This document shows, piece by piece, positions 27,886 through 38,025 of a DNA stretch of 40,251 nt. Position numbers and translations under genes: made by a program. The DNA is from an uncultured Campylobacterota bacterium (GTDB lineage: Bacteria > Campylobacterota > Campylobacteria > Campylobacterales > Arcobacteraceae), in the NCBI GenBank assembly GCA_903821805.1, contig CAIJNA010000163.1, positions 1 through 40,251 on the forward strand, in the 5' to 3' direction. The notes beneath the pieces are model-generated. The model was given only the letters and a program-made list of their open reading frames with translations. It was not told the origin of the DNA and searched no databases. Position 1 is the first letter of the stretch. Each line of letters begins with the position of its first letter.

Positions 27886-27888
27886 AAG

Positions 27889-28851
27889 ATGGATAATGAT
27901 ATATTAATGACTATTTTAAAAGTTGTTGTAGTTCTTTTAGTATTTTCTGCTCTAGCAGGTTTTACGACTTATATTGAAAGAAAAGTTTTAGCATTTATGC
28001 AAAGACGACTTGGGCCTGTTCATGTTGGTCCGTTTGGTTTATTACAAATCGCAGCTGATGGTATTAAGCTATTTACAAAAGAAGATTTCGTTCCGCAAAA
28101 TGCAAATAGAATTATATTTATGGTTGCTCCTATTATAACAGCTGCAACAGCTTTTATAGCTATGAGTGCTGTTCCTTTTATTCCAGGAGTTATTATTTCT
28201 GATGTAAATGTTGGGATACTATTTGTTCTTGGTGTAATGGCAACAGGACTTTACGGACCACTTTTAGCAGGTATGGCCCAAGCAAACAAATGGGGACTTT
28301 TGGGTGGCGCTAGAACAGCTATTCAACTTTTATCATATGAGGTTGTAACTGGTCTTTCTATCCTTGCACCTATTATGATGATTGGTAGTTTGAGCTTGAT
28401 TGATATTAATAATTATCAAGCTGGAGGCATTCAAAATTGGTTAATTTGGACACAACCTATTGCATTTTTCTTATTTTTGATTGCTGGATTTGCAGAAACA
28501 AATAGAACTCCTTTTGACCTTTTAGAGCATGAAGCTGAAGTTGTTAGTGGATACGCAACTGAATATTCAGGAATGAGATGGGGTATGTTCTTTATTGGTG
28601 AATATGCAAACTTATTTACTATTTCATTCTTGGTTGCATTAATTTTCCTTGGAGGGTTTAATGATTTAGGATTCATTCCTGGGGCAATTGCAATTCTCTT
28701 GAAAGTAATGTTTTTAATTTTTGTATTCCTTTGGACAAGAGCTTCTTGGCCTCACGTAAGACCTGATCAATTGATGTGGCTTTGCTGGAAAGTATTAATG
28801 CCAATTGGATTATTAAACATAGTAATCACTGGCATAGTGATGATGGTATAA
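27889..28851 (+). CDS. nuoH: NADH-quinone oxidoreductase subunit H
   Basis: 320-aa polytopic membrane protein with ERKVLAFMQRRLGP and TNRTPFDLLEHEAEVVSGY signatures. Confidence 0.95.
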   Translation: MDNDILMTILKVVVVLLVFSALAGFTTYIERKVLAFMQRRLGPVHVGPFGLLQIAADGIKLFTKEDFVPQNANRIIFMVAPIITAATAFIAMSAVPFIPGVIISDVNVGILFVLGVMATGLYGPLLAGMAQANKWGLLGGARTAIQLLSYEVVTGLSILAPIMMIGSLSLIDINNYQAGGIQNWLIWTQPIAFFLFLIAGFAETNRTPFDLLEHEAEVVSGYATEYSGMRWGMFFIGEYANLFTISFLVALIFLGGFNDLGFIPGAIAILLKVMFLIFVFLWTRASWPHVRPDQLMWLCWKVLMPIGLLNIVITGIVMMV

Positions 28852-28861
28852 GGATAATAGT

Positions 28862-29497
28862 ATGAGTTATGAAGATTTAAAAAAACATACAAACGAAAGA
28901 AGCACTGGAACCAATGGTTACGTGCAGGTGGAAATTGAAGAATATCCAAAAACAGGATGGGAAGCTTTTAAACAAGCAATGGGAAGAACATTAAGTATGG
29001 AATTGTTTAAAGGCCTTGGTATTACATTTAAAATAATGAACCAAGCATTATTTAAAAACCAAATGCATACAGTTCAATATCCAATTGAACAAATGCCAAT
29101 TAGCCCAAGATATAGAGCCGTTCATAAACTTTTAGGACTTCTAGAGAGTGGAAATAATAGATGTATCGGATGTGGACTTTGTGAAAAAATTTGTATTTCA
29201 AACTGTATCAGAATGGAAACAAAAATTGATGAAAAATCTAGAAAAGAAGTTATGGAATATTCTATCAATCTTGGAAGATGTATTTTCTGTGGATATTGTG
29301 CTGAGGTTTGTCCTGAGCTTGCGATTGTTCATGGCGGAAGATATGAGAATGCAAGTGAGCAAAGAGCACACTTTGTATTAAAAGATGACTTGCTTACGCC
29401 ATTTGATGCTATTGCACAACAAATTGAATACGATGGATTTGGTGCAATTAGTCCAGATGCTGATCAAAAAATCAAAAAAACACCATTAGCGTATTAA
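28862..29497 (+). CDS. nuoI: NADH-quinone oxidoreductase subunit I
   Basis: 211 aa with two 4Fe-4S motifs, CIGCGLCEKIC and CIFCGYCAEVCP. It has an N-terminal extension relative to E. coli NuoI. Confidence 0.93.
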   Translation: MSYEDLKKHTNERSTGTNGYVQVEIEEYPKTGWEAFKQAMGRTLSMELFKGLGITFKIMNQALFKNQMHTVQYPIEQMPISPRYRAVHKLLGLLESGNNRCIGCGLCEKICISNCIRMETKIDEKSRKEVMEYSINLGRCIFCGYCAEVCPELAIVHGGRYENASEQRAHFVLKDDLLTPFDAIAQQIEYDGFGAISPDADQKIKKTPLAY

Positions 29498-29506
29498 GGA
29501 AAAATA

Positions 29507-30079
29507 ATGTTTGAAGTAGTAGCTTTTTATCTCTTTGCGGTTTTAACAATCGCAATGTTTACAATTACAGTTGTGACTAAGAATGCACTTTATGCCCTTA
29601 GTTCTTTGGCTGCAGGTATGATTTTCATATCAGCATTTTTCTTTTTATTAAATGCAGACTTTTTAGGGGTGGTTCAAATAGTTGTTTATACGGGAGCTGT
29701 TATGGCTCTTTATGCATTTGGTATGATGTTTTTTGATTCAATTAGTGATGTTGAAGAAAAAATTTCAAATCCGAGGCTCGCATTTTTCTTAACAGGGATT
29801 GTTGCTCTTTTGGTTGTGCTTATTTTATTGGCACCAATCGTAAGTTCAAATATTATTGCTTCATACCCAATTCACAATGAGTATAGCAACACAGCTGATG
29901 TAGGACTTATATTATTTACGAAATTTTTAGTTCCTTTTGAAGTTGCAGCAGTTATGCTACTTGTTGCAATGATTGGCGGAATTATTTTAGCTGGTAAAAA
30001 AATGGATACGGATGCAAGTTCTTTGGAAGCAGAGCAAGATCATCACCATTGCGACTTTAATACAAAGGATATCAAATGA
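29507..30079 (+). CDS. nuoJ: NADH-quinone oxidoreductase subunit J
   Basis: 190-aa hydrophobic protein with the VVYTGAVMAL and PFEVAAVMLLVAMIG patterns. Operon position supports the call. Confidence 0.9.
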   Translation: MFEVVAFYLFAVLTIAMFTITVVTKNALYALSSLAAGMIFISAFFFLLNADFLGVVQIVVYTGAVMALYAFGMMFFDSISDVEEKISNPRLAFFLTGIVALLVVLILLAPIVSSNIIASYPIHNEYSNTADVGLILFTKFLVPFEVAAVMLLVAMIGGIILAGKKMDTDASSLEAEQDHHHCDFNTKDIK

Positions 30080-30381
30080 TGGTAGCTTTAAATGATTATT
30101 TAATACTCAGTACAATAATTTTTATGATTGGGTTATTTGGAGTAGTAAAAAGAAAAAACCTATTAATGTTGTTTTTTTCTACAGAAATTATGCTTAATGC
30201 AGTAAATATTGGTTTTGTAGCAATTGGAAAATTCCATCAAGATTTAAGTGGACAAATGTTCGCGTTCTTTATTATTGCTATAGCTGCAAGTGAAGTTGCA
30301 ATAGGACTTGGACTGCTTATTTTATGGTTTAAGAGAAAAAATACAATCGATCTAGATTCGCTACAACAAATGAGAGGTTAG
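30076..30381 (+). CDS. nuoK: NADH-quinone oxidoreductase subunit K
   Basis: 101 aa with three TM helices and a conserved Glu in TEIMLNAVN. ATGA overlap with nuoJ. Confidence 0.92.
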   Translation: MMVALNDYLILSTIIFMIGLFGVVKRKNLLMLFFSTEIMLNAVNIGFVAIGKFHQDLSGQMFAFFIIAIAASEVAIGLGLLILWFKRKNTIDLDSLQQMRG

Positions 30382-30383
30382 GA

Positions 30384-32315
30384 ATGGAAAATTATTTATA
30401 TTTAGCATTATTTGCTCCACTTGTTGGGGCACTATTTGCAACATTATTTTCAAATAGTAAAAAAGCACAAATTGTAGGAATAATAACATCATTATTATTG
30501 GCAACATCAATGGTTGCTTCACTTATACTGCTTGCACATGTTTACACAACTGAGCAAATTATTCATGTAAATATGATGGATTGGATATCAATTGGACATG
30601 TTTATATTCCGTTCGGTTTTATAGTTGATCAGGTTAGCGTAACTATGATGGTTGTAGTTACTATAGTTTCAACAATGGTTCATATTCATTCAAATGGATA
30701 TATGGATCATGATAAATCATTTAATAGATTTTTTGCATGGCTATCTGCATTCGTTTTCTCTATGTTAATACTTGTTATGAGTGATAACTTTGCCGGATTA
30801 TTTATAGGTTGGGAAGGTGTTGGTCTTTGCTCTTGGGGATTAATTGGTTTCTGGTACCATAAGGAAGATATTGCTCATAGTAAAGATCTTACGAAATCTC
30901 CATTTTCAACATTGTCACCATATTCTGCAGTTTCACCTTCATGGGCAGCTAATGAAGCATTTATAATGAATAGAGTTGCGGATCTTGGAATGCTAATCGG
31001 AATGTTCTTAATCTTCTGGAATCTTGGAACTTTACAATATGATGAAGTTTTTGCAAACATTGGTATGCTTAGTCATGAATTAGTTGTTGCTATCGCTATA
31101 TTCTTATTTATAGGTGCAATGGGAAAATCAGCTCAATTTCCTTTTAATACTTGGCTTGCAAATGCAATGGAAGGACCAACTCCAGTTTCTGCACTTATTC
31201 ACGCAGCAACAATGGTTACAGCTGGGGTTTACTTGGTTGTTAGAGCAAATGAAATATTTACTATTGTTCCTGAAGTTGGTTATTTCATAGCTGGACTTGG
31301 AGCATTTGTAGCCATAGGGGCTGCTTCAATGGCATTGGTTGCAACAAATATGAAGAAAATTATTGCATACTCAACATTATCTCAACTTGGATATATGTTT
31401 GTAGCAGCTGGACTTGGAGCTTATTGGGTTGCGTTATTTCACCTTGCTACTCATGCATTCTTTAAATCAGTATTATTCTTAGGTGCAGGAAATGTAATGC
31501 ATGCAATGAATGATGAAATTAATATTAAAAATATGGGTGGACTTAGAAAGCATATGCCATACACAGCATTAATTATGACAGTTGCATCTCTTGCTTTAGC
31601 TGGTATTTTCCCATTGGCAGGATTCTTTTCAAAAGATATGATACTAGAGTCAGCTTTTGCAAATGAAGCTTACATATTATGGACTGTTTTATGGATAACA
31701 GCTGGTTTGACAGCATTTTATTCATTTAGACTTGTGATGTATGTATTTTATGGAAAAGAGAATTACCATAATTTGGGTTATCACCCACATGAGAGTTATG
31801 GTTATGTTATAGCAGCTATGACTCCATTAGCTATTTTAGCAGTTATTGCTGGATGGTTTGAAGAAGAATTTGTTGAATTTATTACTATGTCTCTTCCAGT
31901 TTGGGAAGGTCACCTTGAGCATAATACACATTATATGCTTATTGGAGTTACTAGTGCTATAGCAATTATTGGTGTAGCATTTGCAGTGTTTAAATATCTA
32001 AAAAATGGAACATATTTTAGTTCAAGTATGCATAAAAGATTTTGCTATAAAGTTCTTGCAAATCAATATTATCTTCCTCATTTGTGGGAAAAAGTAGTTG
32101 TTAAGCCTTATTACAAATTGTCTGTGTATTGCTGGAAAAAAGTTGACATGAAAATTATTGATGCAATAGTAGATGGTATTGCAAAAATTATTTATACAGG
32201 TGGAGCAGAAGGTAGAGCAATTCAAACAGGAAATCTATCTAGTGCATTAAAATTAATGGTTGGAGGAGTATTTATTTTACTGACTCTCATATTATTTTTT
32301 GGTTTAACAAAGTAA
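30384..32315 (+). CDS. nuoL: NADH-quinone oxidoreductase subunit L
   Basis: 643-aa antiporter-like subunit with GWEGVGLCSW and GKSAQFPFNTWLANAMEGPTPVSALIHAATMV signatures and a long C-terminal part. Confidence 0.95.
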   Translation: MENYLYLALFAPLVGALFATLFSNSKKAQIVGIITSLLLATSMVASLILLAHVYTTEQIIHVNMMDWISIGHVYIPFGFIVDQVSVTMMVVVTIVSTMVHIHSNGYMDHDKSFNRFFAWLSAFVFSMLILVMSDNFAGLFIGWEGVGLCSWGLIGFWYHKEDIAHSKDLTKSPFSTLSPYSAVSPSWAANEAFIMNRVADLGMLIGMFLIFWNLGTLQYDEVFANIGMLSHELVVAIAIFLFIGAMGKSAQFPFNTWLANAMEGPTPVSALIHAATMVTAGVYLVVRANEIFTIVPEVGYFIAGLGAFVAIGAASMALVATNMKKIIAYSTLSQLGYMFVAAGLGAYWVALFHLATHAFFKSVLFLGAGNVMHAMNDEINIKNMGGLRKHMPYTALIMTVASLALAGIFPLAGFFSKDMILESAFANEAYILWTVLWITAGLTAFYSFRLVMYVFYGKENYHNLGYHPHESYGYVIAAMTPLAILAVIAGWFEEEFVEFITMSLPVWEGHLEHNTHYMLIGVTSAIAIIGVAFAVFKYLKNGTYFSSSMHKRFCYKVLANQYYLPHLWEKVVVKPYYKLSVYCWKKVDMKIIDAIVDGIAKIIYTGGAEGRAIQTGNLSSALKLMVGGVFILLTLILFFGLTK

Positions 32316-32324
32316 GGGGAATAG

Positions 32325-33848
32325 ATGGAACACATTTTATCAATATTAATATTTTTTCCATTATTTGCAGCACTCATAGGATTGCTAGTAGATAAAGAAT
32401 CAATTAGGGCTTACGGTATAGTAATAACATTTGTAGAGTTTTTACTATCTTGCGTTATGTGGGCTGGATACGATTCATCAGCTGGAAGTATTCAATTTAC
32501 TGAATTTATTCCACTTGTTTCACAATTCGGAATATCATACAATTTAGGATTAGATGGTATATCTCTTTTTCTAGTAATTATGACTACATTTATAACAATG
32601 ATCTCATTGATAGGTTTGACTGAAACAAGAAATTTAAAACATATGATTTTATCAGTTCTTGTTTTAGAGATGGCTATGGTTGGGGTTTTTGTTGCATTAG
32701 ATGCTATGATTTTTTATCTTTTCTGGGAATTCTCACTTGTTCCAATGCTTTATTTAATTGGGGCTTGGGGAGGACCTCAAAGAATTTATGCATCTGTTAA
32801 ATTCTTTATTTATACATTTACTGGTTCATTAATTATGCTACTTGGAATGCTTTATTTAGGGTATATTTATTCAGAAGCAACTGGTGTTTGGAGTTTTAAT
32901 CTTCTAGATTGGTATATGTTACAACTTCCACTCGATATGCAATTATGGTTATTTGCAGCATTTTTCTTTGGATTCGCTATTAAAGTTCCTATGGTTCCAT
33001 TTCATACATGGCTTCCATATGCTCATGGACAAGCACCTACAATTGGTTCTGTTATTCTTGCAGCAGTATTGCTTAAAATGGGAACTTATGGTTTTATAAG
33101 ATTCTCACTACCACTTTTTCCTGACGCATCAGTTGAAATGATGATACCAATGGCTATTTTAGGGATTATTGCTATAGTTTATACAGCAATGGTAGCCTAC
33201 GCACAAGAAGATATCAAACAAGTTATAGCTTACAGTTCAGTGTCTCATATGGGTGTAATAATTCTAGGAATTTTTGCATTGAATGTTGAAGGAATAGGTG
33301 GGAGTATTTTCTTAATGATTTCTCATGGAATCGTTTCTGGTGCACTGTTTATGCTTGTTGGTGTTTTGTATGATAGAAAACATACTAAAATGATGAGTGA
33401 ATTTGGTGGATTAGCAAAAGTGATGCCCATGTATGCAACAATATTTGGAATCATGTTAATGGCTTCTGTAGGATTGCCACTTACAATAGGATTTGTTGGA
33501 GAATTCTTGAGCTTACTTGGTTTCTTTGCTGTATCTCCAATTATAACTGCTATAGCAGGTCTTACAATAATTTTAGGTGCAGTGTATATGCTTGTTCTTT
33601 ATAAAAGAACATTCTTTGGACCAATAACAAATGAGTCAAATCTTAAATTAAAAGATTTAAATGGAAGAGAGTATAGTGCTTTAATACCACTTGTTATGCT
33701 TGTTGTTTATTTGGGAATCTATCCAAAGCCTATCTTGGAGCCAGTTGATAAAAGTGTAAAACAAGTTGTACAAATTATGTATATTAAAGCAGTAACTCCA
33801 GAAGCTAAAGAAAAAATAGCTACAGTTAATTCAATAGGAGAGAGATAA
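32325..33848 (+). CDS. nuoM: NADH-quinone oxidoreductase subunit M
   Basis: 507-aa antiporter-like subunit with KVPMVPFHTWLPYAHGQAPT and IAYSSVSHMG motifs. Confidence 0.95.
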   Translation: MEHILSILIFFPLFAALIGLLVDKESIRAYGIVITFVEFLLSCVMWAGYDSSAGSIQFTEFIPLVSQFGISYNLGLDGISLFLVIMTTFITMISLIGLTETRNLKHMILSVLVLEMAMVGVFVALDAMIFYLFWEFSLVPMLYLIGAWGGPQRIYASVKFFIYTFTGSLIMLLGMLYLGYIYSEATGVWSFNLLDWYMLQLPLDMQLWLFAAFFFGFAIKVPMVPFHTWLPYAHGQAPTIGSVILAAVLLKMGTYGFIRFSLPLFPDASVEMMIPMAILGIIAIVYTAMVAYAQEDIKQVIAYSSVSHMGVIILGIFALNVEGIGGSIFLMISHGIVSGALFMLVGVLYDRKHTKMMSEFGGLAKVMPMYATIFGIMLMASVGLPLTIGFVGEFLSLLGFFAVSPIITAIAGLTIILGAVYMLVLYKRTFFGPITNESNLKLKDLNGREYSALIPLVMLVVYLGIYPKPILEPVDKSVKQVVQIMYIKAVTPEAKEKIATVNSIGER

Positions 33849-33850
33849 TT

Positions 33851-35344
33851 ATGATAACTCCAATTTCAATAGATATGATAAGTTTAAATATTGCATCTAT
33901 AGCACCAATGACTATAGCAGTACTTGGAGCTTTATTTATATTATGTATAGACTTAGTTAGAAAACACAATGATAAACATTTTTATGTTGTACTTACAGCT
34001 TTATTTTTATTAATAGATTTTGTTTCTATTGTTTCGTATAGCGGAGCAAATAGAGGTTTCTTTGATGTGATCTTGATTGATGGTATTTCATTGTTATCGC
34101 AAGCAATTATTGTTATTTCTTCTGCATTATTCATATTTCTAAGTCTTACAAAACAAAGATTCCATGAATATAGATACCCAGAATATTTTGCATTATTCTT
34201 ATTTATGACAGCGGGATTCCAATTTATGGCATCTTCTGACAATCTGATTTTGATTTTTGTTGGCCTTGAAACAGCATCTTTGAGTTTATATACAATGATA
34301 GCTATGCACAATAGAGATAAAGCAAGTGAAGCAGCGATTAAATACTTTACGATGGGAGCATTGGCTGCAGCATTTTATGCATTCGGAGCTATGCTACTTT
34401 ATTATGTAACTGGAAGCATTGAGTTGTCTACTATATCAAATCATTTCGCTATTACAAACTTCGATAATTACCCGTTAATTCTACTGGGTGTTGTATTTAT
34501 GATTGGAGCATTAGGATTTAAATTATCGCTTGTTCCTTTCCATACTTGGGCTCCAGATGTTTATGAAGGTTCAAGTGCATCAATGGCTGGTTATATTGCG
34601 ATCGTTCCTAAAATAGCAATACTTGTAGTTGCTATAAGATTCTTTAGTATATTTATTCAAGCAGATGATACGTGGGTTAGAAGTACTCTTTATATGATGG
34701 CTATTATTACAATGACACTACCTAACCTTATTGCATTAGTTCAAACAGATATTAAAAGAATGCTTGCATTTTCATCAATTTCACATGCAGGATTCGTTCT
34801 TGTTGCAATCATGCTAGGAACAACACAAGCAATTGAAAGCTTATTTTTATATTGGATAATGTTTGCATTTGTAATTGTTGGTGCATTTGCAATGCTTTGG
34901 GTTCATAGAACAAAAGAAGAACCATCTTTTTATGGATTTACTTCTGACTATCAATTTGACAAATTTACAGGCTTGGTTAAAACTGCACCTGTTGCTGCGT
35001 TCATGCTTGGTATTTTAATGCTAGCTTTAGCTGGCGTTCCCCCATTTTCACTATTCTGGGGAAAAATGTATTTACTTAGTGCAACAATTAACAGTGGTGA
35101 AATATTCCTTGCTGTGGTTATGGTCTTGAACTCTGCTATAGCAGCTTTCTATTATTTAAAATTAATTGTTTATATGTTCTTAAAAACAAGAGATGATAAT
35201 ATTGCAATTGAGTATAGAGCTATGAATAATCTTATTCTAAAAGTTATTATTGGAATAGCTGTTGCATTCTCTATCTTATCAATATTTTGGCTTGATACTA
35301 TTCTGGCAATAGTTAAAATGGCTGTTCAAACAAGTGGATACTAA
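33851..35344 (+). CDS. nuoN: NADH-quinone oxidoreductase subunit N
   Basis: 497-aa antiporter-like subunit with the KLSLVPFHTWAPDVYEGS motif. Last gene of the operon. Confidence 0.95.
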   Translation: MITPISIDMISLNIASIAPMTIAVLGALFILCIDLVRKHNDKHFYVVLTALFLLIDFVSIVSYSGANRGFFDVILIDGISLLSQAIIVISSALFIFLSLTKQRFHEYRYPEYFALFLFMTAGFQFMASSDNLILIFVGLETASLSLYTMIAMHNRDKASEAAIKYFTMGALAAAFYAFGAMLLYYVTGSIELSTISNHFAITNFDNYPLILLGVVFMIGALGFKLSLVPFHTWAPDVYEGSSASMAGYIAIVPKIAILVVAIRFFSIFIQADDTWVRSTLYMMAIITMTLPNLIALVQTDIKRMLAFSSISHAGFVLVAIMLGTTQAIESLFLYWIMFAFVIVGAFAMLWVHRTKEEPSFYGFTSDYQFDKFTGLVKTAPVAAFMLGILMLALAGVPPFSLFWGKMYLLSATINSGEIFLAVVMVLNSAIAAFYYLKLIVYMFLKTRDDNIAIEYRAMNNLILKVIIGIAVAFSILSIFWLDTILAIVKMAVQTSGY

Positions 35345-35370
35345 TTTATAGTATCTTTCTTTGTGAAATA

Positions 35371-35411
35371 AAAAAGGGTGAAGTTTGATTATATCAACTT
35401 TCACCCTTTTT
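35371..35411. terminator. bidirectional rho-independent terminator between nuoN and glmS
   Basis: AAAAAGGGTGAA (35371-35382) pairs with TTCACCCTTTTT (35400-35411). The A tract and T tract flanks give a U-run on either strand. It lies 27 nt after the nuoN stop. Confidence 0.75.
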
Positions 35412-35420
35412 CTTGACTAA

Positions 35421-35451
35421 GTATCTTAGAGGTTATTGACCTCTGAGATAC
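35421..35451. terminator. second stem-loop in the convergent spacer (nearest the glmS 3' end)
   Basis: GTATCTTAGAGGT-tattg-ACCTCTGAGATAC is a 13-bp stem with one G-U position. It lies 10 nt from the glmS stop. It has no adjacent U-run of its own, so it may be a stabiliser or act together with the neighbouring terminator. Confidence 0.5.
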
Positions 35452-35461
35452 TATCCAAATA

Positions 35462-37276
35462 CTATTCTACAGTTACAGATTTTGCTAAATTTCTTGGCAT
35501 ATCAACATCATTTCCAAGTCTAACACTAATTTCCATTGAAAATAATTGCAATACAACAAGCATCTCAAAGAATTCAAGCATATAGTGGTTTGTTTCCGCT
35601 GTTAAAATAAAATCATCAGATAATTCAAAAGAAATAGGAGAAATTGCACAAATTGTACTGTCTCTCGCGCTAAGTTCTTCTACATTTGATTTGATTTTAT
35701 CGTAGTGTAAATGCTGCGGCATAAGTGCTATCGTAAATAATTCAGGATCAGCTAATGCAATTGGTCCATGTTTCATTTCACCAGCAGGATAACCTTCTGC
35801 GTGAAGATAACTGATCTCTTTTAATTTTAATGCACCCTCAAGAGCAAGAGGATAAAAAACATCCCGACCAATAAAGAAGAACCCATGTCCATGCAAATAT
35901 CTTTTTGATAATCTTCTGCACTTCTCATGAAGTTGACTTTCTACTTTCAGGCTATTTGGAACATTTTTTAATGTTTGTAACTCTGTTTTTAGTTTCTCTG
36001 TACTTAATACATTTCTAGTTTTTCCAAAGTAAAGTGCCATCATCCAAAGCACAACAGTTTGAGTTGAAAATGCTTTTGTACTTGCAACCCCTTTTTCGAT
36101 TCCTGCTCTTAAAAGTATTGTAGCATCAGCTACTCTTGTCATGGAGCTATTATCAACATTGCATACAGCAATACTCTTAAGACCAGCATTTTTAGCCATT
36201 TTTAAAGCTTCTAAAGTATCAGCTGTTTCACCACTTTGGGAGATAACTATAAAAAGCGTATCCTTAGAGAGTAATGGTTCTTTGTATCGAAACTCACTTG
36301 CAATTTCAACTGTACATCTAATTTTTGATAATCTTTCAAAAAGATAAGATGCCGTTAATCCTGCATGATAGCTAGTCCCACAAGCACAAATTTTAATCTC
36401 ATTTATTCCCTCAATAATACTTTTATCAAGTTCATCAAAATTAATTTCATCATTTTTTAATCTACCCATCATGGTATCAATTACAACATCTTTTTGTTCA
36501 TAAATTTCTTTTTCCATAAAAAATCTGTAACCATCTTTTTGTGCGAAAAGTTTATTTTGTGGTAATGTTGTCCATTTTACTTCATCTGAAAATTCAATGT
36601 TTCCAACGCTTGCGACACCACTAACCCCATCCTCAAGATAAACAACATCATTTGCAAGACCAATCAGTGGAGCATCAGATGAAGCGAAATATATTTCTCC
36701 ATCGTCATTACCTTTTGCAACAGCCAAAGGCGAGCCATGTTTCATAAAGAATATTTTATGTGGTTCTGATTTTGTTATCAAAAGAATTGAGTAAGCACCT
36801 TCTAGTCTTTTGATGGTTTCATCAAAAGCTTTTTGTGCATCGTTTGATTGATTAAAGTAAAATTCAAAAAGATGAACAATAACTTCAGTGTCTGTTTGCG
36901 ATACAAATATGTGTCCAGCATGTGTAAGTTCTTCTTTGAGTTCTTTGTAGTTTTCAATTATTCCATTGTGTACAACATATGAATAAATTCCAAGGTGAGG
37001 ATGAGCATTGAATTCCGTAGGTTTTCCATGTGTTGCCCATCTTGTATGGCCAATTCCTGTCGACATTTCATTTGGAGTAACGCAGCAAGTAGTATTTTGT
37101 AAAACTTTCTCTTCAAGGTTCTTTATTTTTCCAACAGCTTTAAAAACTTCTAGTTTGTCATCTTGAAGCACAGCTATTCCTGCACTATCATAACCCCTAT
37201 ATTCAAGCTCTTTTAGCCCTTCTATTAAGATACCTTTAGTATTTTTATTTCCTATATAGCCTACAATCCCACACAT
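35462..37276 (-). CDS. glmS: glutamine--fructose-6-phosphate aminotransferase
   Basis: 604 aa with the N-terminal MCGIVGYIG Ntn-amidotransferase start, tandem SIS domains (SQSGETADT) and the C-terminal NLAKSVTVE. Confidence 0.97.
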   Translation of the reverse strand: MCGIVGYIGNKNTKGILIEGLKELEYRGYDSAGIAVLQDDKLEVFKAVGKIKNLEEKVLQNTTCCVTPNEMSTGIGHTRWATHGKPTEFNAHPHLGIYSYVVHNGIIENYKELKEELTHAGHIFVSQTDTEVIVHLFEFYFNQSNDAQKAFDETIKRLEGAYSILLITKSEPHKIFFMKHGSPLAVAKGNDDGEIYFASSDAPLIGLANDVVYLEDGVSGVASVGNIEFSDEVKWTTLPQNKLFAQKDGYRFFMEKEIYEQKDVVIDTMMGRLKNDEINFDELDKSIIEGINEIKICACGTSYHAGLTASYLFERLSKIRCTVEIASEFRYKEPLLSKDTLFIVISQSGETADTLEALKMAKNAGLKSIAVCNVDNSSMTRVADATILLRAGIEKGVASTKAFSTQTVVLWMMALYFGKTRNVLSTEKLKTELQTLKNVPNSLKVESQLHEKCRRLSKRYLHGHGFFFIGRDVFYPLALEGALKLKEISYLHAEGYPAGEMKHGPIALADPELFTIALMPQHLHYDKIKSNVEELSARDSTICAISPISFELSDDFILTAETNHYMLEFFEMLVVLQLFSMEISVRLGNDVDMPRNLAKSVTVE

Positions 37277-37334
37277 ATAAAACCTCTTTATTAAAATTTA
37301 GTTATTATACTTTAAAGTTGATAAAGGGACGCAA

Positions 37335-37985
37335 ATGAAGTTAAATTGGAATGATATTATTAAATCAGAACAACAAAAAGACTACTATAAAAAACTTCAA
37401 GAAGTTATAAATGAAAGATATGAATCTACAAAAGTTTATCCACCAAAAGAAAAAATATTTAATGCTTTTTCACTTTGCAGCTATGACAATTTAAAAGTTG
37501 TAATTATTGGTCAAGATCCATATCATGGAGAAGGACAAGCTCAAGGTTTAGCGTTTTCTACACCAGAAGCCATCAAAAATCCACCATCTATGGTTAATAT
37601 ACTCAAAGAAATTAAAGATGATGTTGGCTTTAGCATTTGCGAAAATGGAGATTTAACCAAATGGGCAGAGCAAGGTGTTTTGCTTATTAATACAATTTTG
37701 ACAGTGGAAGATGGTTTGCCAGCATCTCATCACAATATTGGCTGGGAAATATTTACAAATAATATAATAAGTCATATTTCTGAAAATTGTATTGGGGTTG
37801 TATTTTTACTTTGGGGGAATCCAGCGATTAAAAAAAGTAAATTCATTAATGGTGAAAAGCATTACATTTTATCAGCACCACATCCAAGTCCACTATCAAG
37901 CTATCGTGGTTTTTTTGGCTGCAAACATTTTAGTAAAACAAATGCTTTATTGAGAAATCATGGAACTAAAGAGATTGTTTGGTGA
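37335..37985 (+). CDS. ung: uracil-DNA glycosylase
   Basis: 216 aa with family-1 UDG motifs GQDPYH and HPSPLS. Confidence 0.95.
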   Translation: MKLNWNDIIKSEQQKDYYKKLQEVINERYESTKVYPPKEKIFNAFSLCSYDNLKVVIIGQDPYHGEGQAQGLAFSTPEAIKNPPSMVNILKEIKDDVGFSICENGDLTKWAEQGVLLINTILTVEDGLPASHHNIGWEIFTNNIISHISENCIGVVFLLWGNPAIKKSKFINGEKHYILSAPHPSPLSSYRGFFGCKHFSKTNALLRNHGTKEIVW

Positions 37986-38025
37986 TATTATGTTAATTAT
38001 GAACTTTATTTAATGCAGAAACTAA

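Noticed and set aside
28862-30079. N-terminal ~40-aa extension of NuoI and the His-rich C-terminal tail of NuoJ (EQDHHHCDF) as unusual features.
   Set aside because: As I recall, extended NuoI is usual in Campylobacterota. The NuoJ tail is short and unconstrained. There is not enough evidence to propose a function for either.
21363-34311. Minus-strand or alternative-frame ORFs inside the nuo genes: 21363-21584, 21449-21703, 22940-23222, 23558-23770, 24238-24555, 25606-25809, 28431-28676, 28767-28949, 29148-29381, 30875-31060, 32022-32225 and 33982-34311.
   Set aside because: All are embedded in well-supported nuo coding frames, have no RBS and no recognisable motifs. They are treated as shadow ORFs.
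37277-37334. glmS ribozyme upstream of glmS.
   Set aside because: The spacer to the divergent ung gene is only 58 nt, too short for the ~170-nt ribozyme. That element is also characteristic of Gram-positive bacteria.
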